Position numbers and translations under genes: made by a program. From positions 57,724,001 through 57,788,000 of the forward strand of contig CM052816.1 in assembly GCA_028534125.1 (NCBI GenBank): DNA of 64,000 bases, written 5' to 3'. Below are positions 48,729 to 61,940 of the stretch, piece after piece (the first letter of the stretch is position 1; each line of letters starts with the position of its first letter). The notes beneath the pieces are model-generated. The model was not told the origin of the DNA. It saw only the letters and a list, made by a program, of their open reading frames with translations, and ran no database searches. The DNA is from Lama glama. Its lineage: Eukaryota.

Positions 48729-49054
48729 CATTTCCTACACCCTTGGGCAAAGTTTAATACACCTAGTCTCTATGAAAGCATCCTGTGTGGTAAATGTTAG
48801 GTTATATGTTTTTTTTGCCCCTAGACGAGGGTACCAGGTGGGAACCCCTTCATACCTGCTTCTCTAGCAGCTAAGGACCAGTGATGCTGGATACATGTGT
48901 GAACAGGTGCTGGAGAAGTACAGTGTGTCATAAGGACTGGGATGTAATAAGAGAACTATGACCCCAAGTTTCTTTAGCCTGTGAGAAGAGGGAGTATGCT
49001 CTTTGGAGGATTTGCCCAAAGATCATAAAGAGAGAGTGGAGAGGATGAGTTGGT

Positions 49055-49200
49055 AGTTTTGTGTGACCCTGGGCAAGTTGTTTAACCATTCTTAGCCCCA
49101 GTTTCTCTATCTGTAACATATGGATAAGATCTCACAGCGTAGTGTGAGAACTGAATGTGATAACAGGAGTGAAGTACTTGGCACATGACAAGCATAAGTA
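49055..49200 (+). mobile_element. MIR fragment
   Basis: tgtgtgaccctgggcaagttgtttaacc...cagtttctctatctgtaa. Confidence 0.75.
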
Positions 49201-50779
49201 ATAACTATACAACAAAAACAGAGCTATAAAGGTAGGAGTTTGCCTACCAAGAGTTAGGAGAAGCTCAATGACAAAAGCCAATAGTACTGCCAACTAATGC
49301 CTCAAGCTCTAACTCCACTTTTACCAAGTGCCCTCTGGAGAGTGAGTTGGATTCCTATGTAGACTTACCTAGAAAAGAGATGGGAGTCATCAACCACCAG
49401 GCGTCCTCTTTTGGGGCTTTATTTCCAATGGGCATTTGTACATTTTCTGAGAGTCCCACTGAACTGGAACAATTCTTGGTGAAATAAAAGGGTGTTTCTG
49501 GACATGCAAAGGTCAAGACCAGATGGCAGCACGTGGTAGCCCCTCTAATTTGGCCACCAAGCATATTCACCCCCTCCTGCCTCTCCTTAACAACCAGAAA
49601 CTACTTTATGTGACAAAGTTAGATGTAATGAAGTTCATAAATGCAGCACTATTTAATAGAAGAACAAGTTATATTGAAATACTCCTTCATTCTGGGAATA
49701 CTCTTTCAGAAGTCACACTGATAATTCTGGCTCCTGTTTTTATATAAAATATCATTTTTAATGGTTTGAAAGGTATATTATTAGGTTTTTAAAAGTCAAA
49801 TGCAGAGGACTGTGTATTATCCCAAAATTCATAAAAATGTTTAAATGTATAAACTTTCTGTAGAAAAGATTTATGATAAACTGATGACCTTGGTGGCCTA
49901 GCATGAGAGGAGCTGGCTGGTTGAAGGACAGGGTAGGAGAGACTTTCCATTGTATCTCCCTTTGAATCTTTTACATTTTAAACTGTGTGAATATACTTGC
50001 TTGTTCAAAAACCACATTTAAAAAAATGCTAAGTAATTAGTTGAAAGAATCCATTTCTGCCACATTTAATAATTTCCTAAAGTTTCTCACATGCCTACGG
50101 TTACTTTACACTCATGACCCTGATGCAGTTAGTTCAAAAATTGCATTTTAGTCATTACATTCTTAAGGATATTTATTTTCTAATTTTCTTTTAAGCCTCC
50201 TGCCATTTGGTTTTTGATTTCCATTCACTCTTTTTTTTTAATCTCAAAATTTTCGAGGGGAATTCTTTTTAATTTGAAAGGGAGCAAGATTGTTCCAATG
50301 ATGGCCAGATAGTGTTTTCAGGGGGAAGGGCGGTGTGCAGGGAAGTGAGGTAAAAGCAAAAAAAAAAGAGGAACATTTTTTAATACACATTTTCTGTTTC
50401 CGTTCATTATGAGAACATTCTGATATCTGGTTGAAGATTTTCTTGTGGAACTTGCCCTAAATCTCCAACCACCTATGTAGAATGAATGAATGATTAGCTC
50501 AGCTCTTCAGCAGATCCTTTGATTTATTAAAGACTCTCCTGACACTGCTCCATTCCTTGGCGTGGAGGGTGTGGTCTAGAGCCCTGTCCTGCCTGGAGCT
50601 TCAAGGTGAGACGAGACAAACGGAGCTAGACTGGGAGTGAAAGTAGCGCCCCAAGATCGCCCACCTCCATCTGCTCCAGTCACTGGCACCGTGTCCTCAG
50701 GCTGCCCTCCCTCTCCTCCCCTCAACATGGACACACACAGACGCACTCACTGTCAGTGCCTCAGGTCCACTGCAAAGGC

Positions 50780-50956
50780 TGTCAGACGCAAGCGTGCATC
50801 AGAACACCCGGCAGGGCCTGTTAAGACCCAGATTTCTGGGCCCCACTTCCAGAGTTTCTGACCCACAAGCGGAGGGGGAGCCCAAGAGTTTGCATTTCTA
50901 ACAAGTTCCCAGGGTGATGCTAAATTTGCTGACCTAGAAACCACACTTTGAGGACC
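50780..50956 (-). mobile_element. MER5A
   Basis: tgcatcagaa...ggccccacttccagagtttctga...tttgcatttctaacaagttcccagggtgatgct...ccacactttgag. Confidence 0.85.
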
Positions 50957-51026
50957 TTGTGTTTCTATCTTTTCTCTTTTCTGAGCATGGTCTTTGCTAT
51001 GGTTACTTGGAAAGGATCCCTGCCTA

Positions 51027-51252
51027 TCAGTGGTGTAATTCTTGTGTAGTGGGAAGAGCCTGGGCTTTGGAAGCAAATAAAACAGGTTCACAGATGCTGC
51101 CTGTTGTTTAATGCTGAACAAGACTCTTCACTTCTCTCAGCCTCAGTTTCTTCATCTGTAAAATGGGGATACTGATACCTACCTCATGTAATTGAATAAT
51201 ATAAAGTGTTTAATAAGCCTAGACTGTATTAGGTATTCAATGATTATCAGTT
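51027..51252 (+). mobile_element. MIR
   Basis: cctcagtttcttcatctgtaaaatggggatactgatacctacctcat core. Confidence 0.85.
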
Positions 51253-53539
51253 TCTTTAAACCCAGTTCCTTTCCTGGTGTGTAACAGTCTGATTACTACT
51301 ATGAGACTTAACTCTTCCAGGAATGCCCAAAATAATGAAAGCAATTACTTATACTTGTACAACTCTTTACATTTACAAAGTAAGTTAAATTACATTATCT
51401 TCTGAAGGAAGCTTGAAAATCTACATTTTTAACAAACACCCAAGATAATGTTTGTATGCACCCAAGTTTGAAAGCAACTAATACCCCACTTAAAGTTCAC
51501 AACAACCTGAAAGTTTGCATTATTAATCAAATTTTATAGAGGAAAAACTGGAGCTCAAAGAGGTTAAGCGCCTTGCCACAATAACACAATGATACAATCC
51601 TAAACCTCTGGCTTGTGAATTCAGTTCTTTAACACAAAGATAAAAACCTTTACTGCTGGCATTTCAGCATCAGAGACTGGAAAGTGGGGCAGATGTTTTT
51701 GCTTAGAAAAACTATTTTTGGTACCCTCTGATGCCTGACGTGTGATTTACAGGGGAATTTGAAAGGCCGATTGGTCAGTTCACATTCAGTAATTGTCCAA
51801 GTATGTGGCTCCTGTACCGTCAGGGTAAGGCAGGAAGCACCTGATGCAGGTGTTCTGTGGCCTTTCAACTCTGAATGGCCGACCAAGGGCCACTTGGCTT
51901 TCTGGAAAGGAATATTCAGTGACCCTGTTGACAGACAAGCTTCCTCCTTTTCCATTCCTCCTTCTATAGCTTAAGCCTTAATAAGGGAAGGATATAGTTG
52001 CTCGCAAATGTGGTTCTGGAAAAATCTTAATCCAGGAAAGAGCAAATCTTGGCTTGGACCTTCACAGTGGGTATGGCCATAAGCCAACACAGCACCAGTT
52101 GTGTTATTTATACAAAAGGAAATAATTTCCTTGTAAGCTACCTCCCTTCGGTTTCTACCCAATTCAAAATGTCCCAGAAACTAAAAGTTGCAGCTGAACT
52201 TAATGAAACAAAAATATTTAGTGGACATCCACGTGGCTTCTTATAATAAAAGTGAAATTCCATGCAGTTATCTCTATTAGGGTCTCACTGTTTAAGTGGC
52301 CATTTTTAATCAAGATTGACTTGATTTTCTCTCTGACCTTCCCATCCCAGAACCTCATTTACTTTTTGGAAACTCCTCTTGCGTTCATGTGTAAGGAATG
52401 CCCCTCAGACTACCATGGAGATTTTTCTGTTACTTATTTTAAGTAAAGGATGCTTGAGAGAGAAAGTTAACTACAGACAAAGGTAGTGAAACTAACCAAA
52501 AGAGAAATTGATCCCTGGGTTGGCAAAGAGTTTGACAACTAGAAATGGATTTCTTATACTTAAGGACATTCTATCTCCATGGTTGTGGCAACAAAATCAT
52601 GTAAGCCAAAAATTTCCCCGTGAGCTTTGGGAGGGAAATCCCACTTTCTCATCAAAGAAATGTAGTTTATCTCCTTCTGCCTCTGATTAGAAACGGACAT
52701 GATTTTTCTTGATATTGCTACCCCAAGAATTCACAGTAAGCCCCGCTGGGAATGTGACACTTGCAATTCAGCAGTTAGATCCAATGCTTACAGAAAAGAG
52801 CTTGAGCAGGGCTACCTACACTGGACTGTGACATACTTTAGAGTTCAAACCCACTTTTTCACCCTCCTTTTACAAGTGAGCATAAGCCCAGATTGAAGTG
52901 GGTAGTAATGGACTCCTGAAGAAACCAGTAACTGTAAAATAGTCTATGTTTGTAGACATGGCTAATTTGTTGTGTTCACAGACTACAATGAAATCAAATC
53001 AGAAACATTAAAACCAATTTCTGCAATCTAGCTAAAGACCAAGAACAAGAGTTTATGAGCCTGGCGAGAGGATGAACACATAAGGTGCCTCCTGGAAATA
53101 CTCTTAAGTTCACAAAAATGTAAATTACAATCCATCATTTTCCTTATACACGGTTAATTCCTCCAATTGGGAATGGAAGCTTTCAAGATCAGTTCAGTCC
53201 TTTGATATCCAAAGTGGACCTTGTCTCATGGATATGGACAAAGCCACTCATCTTGAGCCATTTTCCTGCAGGCGTGCTTCTTCTTTGCCTGCTGGAATTC
53301 TGCGTCAGGGAGTCCAAGACAAGAGCTGAGTCAGGGTCCTTCTTGTTTGGTTTCAGTACAGTGTTTTACTTAGTGCTAAACCTGTACTGATTTGTATATA
53401 AAGTTCTGGACTTAAGCTCCAGACCCAGATAAATCTGATGCATGCCATGAGGAGGAAGACAAAGGTGGGAAGACAAGGCGCTGTGACAATACAAACAGTT
53501 TATGTGTAATCCAGAAGTGTGAGCAGTAGATGCGTTATT

Positions 53540-53995
53540 CATTTTAGTCATCCATTCGATAAGTGTTCATGGAGCTCCTGGTCAGAAAGCACTATATTAC
53601 TCCAGGTCACATCATTCACGGATGTTTCTATGCTCTATGTAAAGCTCTGGGGGAGCAAGAGACAGCCAGCCTTCAAGGGGCTCAATGCAGTGGGAGAGAG
53701 ACACCGCTGGCCAGACAATTACAATACAGAGTGGAAAGACCTAAGGTGGAATAATTAGCATCAGCGAACCTGGAAGCTGAGAGGTGAGGCATTTATCCCA
53801 GCCTTGTGGGGACCAAGGGTAGCTCCCTGGAAAAAGCTGCACCTGAGAAGGCTGCATCCTGTCTCAGGTGCAGACAGGATGCAGCCAGGCTAAGAAGAGG
53901 AGGGAGAACAGTCAGTGAAGATGCAGCACATGCAAATGCAAAGGATGAGGGGGAGGGAGTGAGGTAACCAGAAGCCATTTGGACCAACTGTATAG
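53540..53995 (-). mobile_element. L2 fragment
   Basis: tcatccattcgataagtgttcatggagctcct...gcagcacatgcaaatgc. Confidence 0.55.
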
Positions 53996-56900
53996 ATAGA
54001 GGAAAGAAGAAAGTTGCCAAGGAGAGGAGAGGAGAGAAGTGGGGAGGGGAAGGAGGGAAGGAGTAGGGAGAGAAAAGAAGGGGAGAGCAGGAAAGGAGAG
54101 GGAATGTAGCCAGGGCTCAACGCTGCCTCGATTCTCACCCTCCCAGTGGCCTGTTAATCAGATTGTCACAGTGATCACACTGTTTCTTATACTGAAATGA
54201 ATTCTAACCATAACAGGGGTCCTTGATATTCAACAGATTGAAATGTAAATGCAAGTAACTTTTTTTTCCTACTGTGCAACTAATGAGCATGTATAGAAGA
54301 GTAGGAGGACTGAGGTGAAAACAGGTAGTTTTGCTACTTTATTTATTGCCACTTTCTATTAAACATTCCTGCTACTACTTACTGGCTTCAGTGCTTGCTC
54401 TTAAAGTCCTCTCTTCTAGTCTTCAGGCTCTACAGCTGGGCATCCAGCAATGGAATAATTAGGGGAAATACTGGTTGCTGACTTTTCAAAGCCAGATTTG
54501 AACTTAGTGATCAACGTACTCTAGTGGGAAAAGTGCTACAAAGGAAGTTGAAAAAAATAATAAAACAAGCGTTATGTCTTCCTATACCAACTCTTGTATC
54601 TTCATAATACCTATACTTTAAAAAAAAAAACCCAGTTCAATGAATAATAACTGCCTAACAACAATAATAACAAAAATAGCTTAACCTTATTTTGGAGGAT
54701 TCATTCTTTTCTCTCCACTTTACCACTTCCCATTCAATCATTGTCTATTAATTTTTTTCACACCATACACAGAAACCGATAACGCAGAGTTACTGAACAT
54801 AAACATTTCTAGCCTACCTCTTTCTTACAGTTTTGTTCCTCATTTTTCTTCTCACTTCCCCTTAAGGAGGATTTTTCTCTCTTTCCTAAATGGGCTCAAG
54901 CCCATAGTGAGTCCCGTGAAAGCTTGTGCAGGATCTTCCTTTCACACGTTTTCTCATGCAAAATGCCTTTAGGGCTCTAATCCCAACACAGCGATCTCCA
55001 AAAATATGGCAGCTATTTTCGAAAGAAAAAAAGAAATTCCAAGAAGTCTGGTTACAGATCAGTAATAGGCTCTGCAAACAGTTGTAACCATCAACGAAAA
55101 CCAGCAAAAGTTTCACCTGTGACTTACTTGGTACACAGCCTTGGTCTTTATTTTCTCAACCACTCTTTTTAATTATAATCATCATCTTCAGCTGTTAAAA
55201 AACAACAGCATACCATTGGGGTCATCAATGTCACTCTTCTCACATCCAAGTTTTCTATTGTCTGCTTAATATGTTCTCCTTACCAACTATTTTCAGTCCG
55301 TCCCACCATTCCTTTGCCTCTATGCCAAGTGGGTTGTGCCTGAGGGCTTAAAATTAAGCTTCCAGCCTTCCAGGGTGGCCAGCTCTCTTGTTCATTTCAT
55401 GGCATCCCTGGGGGACCCTGTCACCCTCCCACTGAAGCCTTTCATGTCCCCCTGAGTGAGCCATTTCCCATGGTGTGTGAACCACACTGTCTCTCTACTT
55501 CTCTCTGGAAGTTTCAATTCTTAAAACTTGCTAAAATTGAATCTCTTCTTAGTTTCCCCCCCCAACAAGTTGAATTCCTCTCTAGGGGTACACTTTTCTC
55601 TCAGAGTGGTTTTTGTTTTTTTTTTTGCTGCCTGCTTTGTAAGCCTCTCTCACCTTCAGTCAGTTTCACGTTGTGTTGCCCCTTTCCGCCCACTTAAAAT
55701 GGACAAAATATAGTTTAATTCTTTTTCTAAACTTTTTTTCATGCCTTAAAGACATCTAAAGAAAATTTGTTCTCCTTATTCAATTCTTTTAAAAATACGT
55801 TTAAGCCATGGTTACCTCAGTTACGGAAATGGGGCAGTCTGGGGGTCAGGACTGGGAGGGGAATGGGACGTGTTTACATTTTGTTTTACCTGTTTCACTT
55901 GAAGTGTTTGTGATAATAATGTACTATTTTGTTATGAAAAATATTTTTGTTCAAAAATATCTTTCCATTGTTCAGAAAGGGAAAGAATTTCTACCTAAAG
56001 GTTTTTAAACTCCTCTAAGATTATGGTGGTCAAGATTGTCATGACAAATAGTTACTCATTAAAAAGAAGAGGGGGACAGAGACTGTGAGAGACTGTGAAC
56101 CTCGGGGAGAGAATATTGTTCCAAGTCAGCGTTCCCGGCACTTGTGTTTCAGTAGCGAGCATGTGACCGAGTTCTGTGAGCATCACACTATGAAGGGTGA
56201 GCACAGGGAGAGCTTAGATAATTGTGAAATACAACTAAGTTGTTCTGATGTTTCTTCAGCAACTTCTGATTCCAAAGGGAAGGTGCCTCTTAATTTTCTC
56301 TCTGTATGGTTTTATGTACTCAGAAGTTTTTCAGAATCAGCACATGTTGCTGTTGTAATTAAACACACACACATGCACATGTGCACACACACTCACACGC
56401 CAAACAAAACTCCATTTCTCATGAGACTGAGAAATGTTACCAGGTTTCTTTCCTAACACGTAGTTCTAGGTAGGGTATTTGCCGGGGTCCCAGCAGGGAT
56501 TAGAGGGCAAAGGGCACTGCTGATGCAAACCAGAGGGCAGCCTCCCAGGGCCGAGAGCAGAGCAGTGACATGGAGAAAAGACATGAAGGGCAGAATGGGA
56601 ACTATTCAGCACAAGTGTGATGACAAGGTTACTTTTGTAGTTACGTTTTTATAGAACATCACATCCAGGTATGGAAGAACGTATTTTGAAACTCAGTCAC
56701 AGCTGTATGCCACAAATAAACCTGCCTGGTGGGCCTAAGCTTCAGGGTGCCAGCAACCAGAGTTGCAGGCCTAGAGAATCCGAGGTAACACCGTCTCTGG
56801 AAATACTCTTTTCAGTGACAGTCTATGTAATTGTGACACATGTGGGTCATGGTTTTCCTTCAAGCCCAAGTATAGATCCAGGCAAGCAATAGTCTCCAAG

Positions 56901-57334
56901 GTCATCTACGCCAACCCCTTCCTCTGACTGACGAGAAAGATCCTTCCTGCTTTTTCCTTTTTTTAAGGACAGTGTTTAGATTTCAGCTCTTCTCTTCCTC
57001 TCCCACGTGTCCTCCAGTATCAGAGTCTCAGATCTCCTACACCTCTAATAACTTAAGATAAAAACAAAAAATGTGGGGTTTCTTTCTCCTCGAGAGCCTT
57101 GCTACATTCTGTTCAAGTTACTGATGATATTGGGATTCCTTCTCTTCGTGTCTGTCTCGTTGGGTTTCCGGGGGGGATGTAGAATTTTGCTGTGAGTGGT
57201 TGTTTCAGTCTCCCGCTTCTGGGACCTGAAGCCGGCACACTCTTGCCACGCCTCGATATACTTTGCTCCAGAACTTTTCTGGATCCTTGTGGTAGAGTCT
57301 CCTGGGTTCACAAGCACCCTCCCCCAACACACAC

Positions 57335-57490
57335 ATCTGATCCATACAAGCCACTGTGAAGCAGAGTTACTGTTCCCATTTTAAAAGGGAAGAAGCAAAG
57401 ACTTGGAGAGCAGGCATCCTGCCTGAGGCAGCTCAGCTAGTTGGGGGCAGAACCAGGATACAGGCCTGATTTCCTGACTCCAGCTCTTCC
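57335..57490 (-). mobile_element. MIR fragment
   Basis: cccattttaaaagggaag...cagctagttgggggcagaaccagga...cctgactccag. Confidence 0.7.
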
Positions 57491-58074
57491 ACATTGTTAT
57501 TCTCTGTCTATATTACTGACTGAGTGCTCTGTGTCCCTCCTTCCTTTTACACTCTGCTAACCTGCTCAGTCCATGTCGCTAGAAGAGAGAGAAAAGAATG
57601 ACAGAGAGGAGAACACCACCGGTCCCTCCCAGGACCTCCCCGAGTCGAGAGCCCCCCGAAGTCCTCTGCCTTTTCTTTCTTTTTTTTAAATTTTAATTTT
57701 TTTCGAAGTGTAATTGAGTTATTTGCTTTTTCTTTTATAATCCTTGGAAAGAATCAATAGCATTAATTTTTAACCATTTCCTCTTTCCTGGTCTTCCATC
57801 CTTTCGTTTATATTGATTTAGTGTTAGATTTACTGCAGCACTTCTCTGATAGTAACCTTCAGGCTATGTTTTAGGTTATTTTCTCCCTTTATTCAATGCA
57901 AGCCCAGTTTTCTCCATTCTTAAAACAATCTGTTAGAGATTGTGCTTATCAGAAAACTCTTCCCTGTCCCTGTTTCACTTCAGTTGAATACTTTGGGCAG
58001 CTTTAGGGCTATAACAAAGGAGACAGAGGAGAATATATGTTCCCATGAACCAATTTATGGGAGAATCAAAAAAG

Positions 58075-58950
58075 GAAAAAAGGCTGTCACACCAAAACAT
58101 GATCTTTAAAATAAAAATATTGACAAATTGATAAATTGGACTTGATTAAAATTAAAAATTTTTGTGCTTCAGAAGACCCCACTAAGAGTACCAAAACAAG
58201 TCACTGCCTGGGAGAAAATATTTGGAAATCATGTATCTAATAAAAGATTTATATCCAGGATGTGTAAGAACTCAATGATAAAAAGATAAATAACTCAATT
58301 AAAAATGAGCAAAAGATTTACATAGATATTTTAATAAGCATATGAAGAGATGTTCATGTCATTACTCATCAGGGAAGTGCAATTTAAAATGAGTTACCTT
58401 TACACACTCACTAGAATGGCTGAATCAGCTGTTTGTACTGAAGGCAATAACAAGTGATGGGGAGGATGTGGAGAAATAGGAACCTTCATTCATTGCTGAT
58501 GATGATGTAGAATGGTACAGCCACTTTGGAAAATAGTTTGGTAGTTTCTCAAAAAGTTAAACCTTAACTTCCCATACAACCTAGCAGTTCCACTCTGACA
58601 TATCCACCCAAGAGAAATAAAATCAGACATCTCTACAAAGGCTTGTACAGAATGTTCATCACAGGGTTGTTCATAAGAGCCAAGCCTTCTGCCAACTGAA
58701 AGAAGCCAGATGTCCACAAAAGTACATGTTGTATTCTATTTATAGAAAATCTACAGAGACAGAAATTAGATGAGCCTGAAGCTGAGGGGTAGAGTGGAGA
58801 TTTACTGCAAAGGGGCATATGGCACTGTCTGGGTCAGTGGAAAGTTCTAAAACTGGGTCTGGTGATGGTTATACAACTGCCAATTGGTTAAAAATAATTA
58901 AACACTTACAATGGGTACATTATATGTTATGTAAATTAGAGAGCTGTGTT
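58075..58950 (+). mobile_element. L1 (L1MB/L1MC-like) ORF2 end and 3'UTR
   Basis: ataaattggacttgattaaaattaaaaa...gtacagccactttggaaaatagtttggtagtttctcaaaaagttaaac...ttctaaaactgg...ttatatgttatgtaaatta. Confidence 0.9.
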
Positions 58951-60320
58951 TTATTTCAACTTTGCTAAGTTTTTTATCTTTAACTTTATTGACTTTTGAA
59001 CCTATTAACCCACCTTGCTTTGCTGTGGATTTATTCATATCTGGGAAACCTCTAGCATCACATAGAAGAGAGGGTCCAAACATATTACAATGCCCTTTGG
59101 TGCATTTGTCCTTGCTTGGCCACTGAGCAATATAAACTACAAATAGACTTTCAAGTGTATGTTGATTTCTTTTACTGGGTGTACTAAATTTTCTCAATGT
59201 GAATAAACAGATACATTTGAAATGCTGACTTTTAGACCTGAAAGAATGATTTTACCTTGCTCAGTTAATTAAAAAATGTAAAGGCAAGTCATGAAAAGAC
59301 ACCACATATTTTGCCTTTATTAGGGTCAAATTTTTCATCAAAATCTGGGTTCTCTGTTACCTATCAGATTAGGCTTCTTCCTATGAAGAGGGCATTCACC
59401 TCTTCTGATTTCGTGTTGGTAGAATGTCCATAATGTTTGCCTTGCGTCCTCATCCCATTCAGACGTCATTTAGGTGGCCTGCTTTAGAGCTGTGCTATTT
59501 CAGTAATGAGAATTATCCTGCTTGGGCAAAGGGCCAGAGTAGCTGAAGAAACCAGACTGGAAGTGGTTCATAGACAGAATCTCCCTGTTTTGGCTTCCAG
59601 TAAATGGAATGAAATTACATTTCCTTGTCAGACTATTAACACAATTGTTATTCCCACACAGATTATACCTGGGCCCTGCACTGTGTGCCTGAGGCATCAT
59701 ATACCATCATATACCAAATACCTTTTAATATGTTGAAGAAGTAGTATGATCCTTTGCTTGTCAAACATTTTCAGCAACAGAATAGCCATGGACAATGGGG
59801 GAAATTAGGTTGTGATTCATTAAACAGCTCCAACTTAAATGCCATGATCTGCATGGATTCCTTGAAGGGCTCACAAACTTGAATTCTGCGTATGTTTATA
59901 CAGGCCATTGGTACCTTTGGAAATGGAAAGGCATCTGATAATGCATGTCTCCAGAAGTACAGCTTCTGTTGCCAACAGCTAGTAGCCAAGAGACACAATA
60001 AAGTATTTACCTTAATATTTACTAGGACTGGGGTATCAGTCTTAAAATTAGAAATCTTATCAATCTATTGATTGCTTGCTTGATTGATGTTTGGTAGACA
60101 CTGAGAATGGACTTCTCCCTCAGGGGCAGACTCTCAACCAAGTTCACAGGGGCAAAACCTGTAGGGAAAAAAATACACAAACCAGAACACCAGTTCATAC
60201 CTTTACCTTGAGTTGTCAAGTCATCCAGAAGACTGGAAGACTTGTGTTAGCAAGTTGGTGTATCCCTCCTTCCAGCTTGTAAGTTGTAATGAGATGGTGA
60301 AGGGGGCTGCCTTCTAACTT

Positions 60321-60694
60321 TGTTAATGTGCTCAGGCTGCCATAATAAAATACCGTAGACTGGGTGGTTTAAACAACAAAAATCCACTTCTCATAGTGCT
60401 AGAGCCTGAAAGTCTTAAGATGAAGGTGCTGGTCAATTCCATTCCTGATGAGGACTGTCTTTCTGGCTTGCAGACAACCACCTTCTCACTATGGCCTCAC
60501 AACATGGAGAGAGAGATCTCTGTGGTGTCTCTTCTCATGAGGGCATCAATCCTACGGGATCAGGGCTCCACCCTTATGACCTCACTTAACCTTAATTACA
60601 TCCTTAAAGGTCCTACCTCAAATTGAGCTACACTGGAGGTTGGGGCTTCAACATATGAATTTGAGGGGGGGAAGTCACAACTGAGTCCACAGAA
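60321..60694 (-). mobile_element. MLT1A-like MaLR solo LTR
   Basis: ctcaggctgccataataaaataccgtagactgggtggtttaaacaac...ggcttcaacatatgaattt...agtccacag. Confidence 0.88.
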
Positions 60695-61339
60695 CTCACT
60701 TTCATCACCTTGCCCCTCCTCATCCTCCCCTTCTTGTACCTAGTTTCTGACCTGTGGCTATGGGGAGAGAGGAGGTTTGAGGAAGCAGGTGATTTGTACT
60801 TGTCTGAAGTTGGTGTGAGCCTTCAGCACACCCTCTAATTCTGGCAGAGTGTGAACATGACTCCTCGTGGAAGGAACGTTTTTCAGTTCTTGGGAGGCCT
60901 TCTGATATGGTTGCCACCTTCCTCCTGTTCCATGTTTACAGCTCTTTCCTCGCCCCTCAAGAATTCCAGAGCTGATATTCAGCCTCTTCCTGCTGAAGCC
61001 CTTCTCCCCTTCAGACAACCCACTTGCACAGACATGAGTCAGTTCCACATCAGCTCCCTCTCAAGTGTGGGCCACTATGTCCATTGGAAACCGTCGTGCT
61101 TCCTTTTACTTTCTTCCTTTTGAATCCCAAACTCTGAGAGAATAGTTCAGTCACAGTGCAGCACCAAAATTTGCCTTTGCTCCTACGATCAGGGCATCTC
61201 TTAGTTTTAGATTCCCCAGGCAGGGCTCAGAATGCATCGCCCTCCTCCATCCTAAACTGCAGGGAACACGTTTCTCATTTCCTGAGTAGTGTCCCTGAAG
61301 CCCTTCTCTCTTGACCTGAAGAAAGAGGAAACCACCCCC

Positions 61340-61940
61340 TGACACTCCACCTCTTGGTCCTTAGCATCAATTCCAATCTCCTTTCTTGTGTGCTCTCTTA
61401 CACTGCAAAATTGAAAATTCTTTCCAGAGTCTCTTGCAGTTAGAGTTCTGGAGGCGAATTAGGTTCTGCCAATTGATGGCACTTGAGCAAGGTTCAAAAG
61501 GCAGAATGGAGCTAGGGGATGGGGAGGGGGGTCTTCTCACTGCATACAAGGCGGTGGAGATGGAGATAGAACTTTTCTACATCTACCGTCCAGTGTCCAA
61601 CCACTATCTTCATGGACGTTAAGAAGTGGTTGCATTGGTGATGGCAGAAGATGCCTGATTTCTAAATCACAGCTCTGGTGGTGTGATCTTGACATCACTG
61701 TTCTAGAGTTCTAGTGTTGGACTCTTGACCCCGCACCTCTGGATTGGCCAGAGTAGCAGCTCCCCAGGGGAGCCCTTCGGTAGTCCTGTTATCAAAGTCA
61801 TTTCTGTAGGCTGGGCCTGAAATCTGTTTCTCATGCCCTTCTAAAATTTCCTAAGCACCAAATTTCCTGCAGTAAACCTCATTCTGACTAAAATATCTTA
61901 AGTGGTTTCTGTTTCTTGCAAATGATCCCTGACTGATACA
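61340..61940 (+). mobile_element. Old ERV-class solo LTR (family uncertain)
   Basis: Ends gtggtttctgtttcttgca...ccctgactgataCA, a typical old LTR terminus. The 5' boundary is approximate. Confidence 0.55.

Noticed and set aside
54000..54105. Purine-rich GA tract with G-runs (G4 or triplex potential)
   Set aside because: Ordinary low-complexity sequence beside an L2, with no other support.
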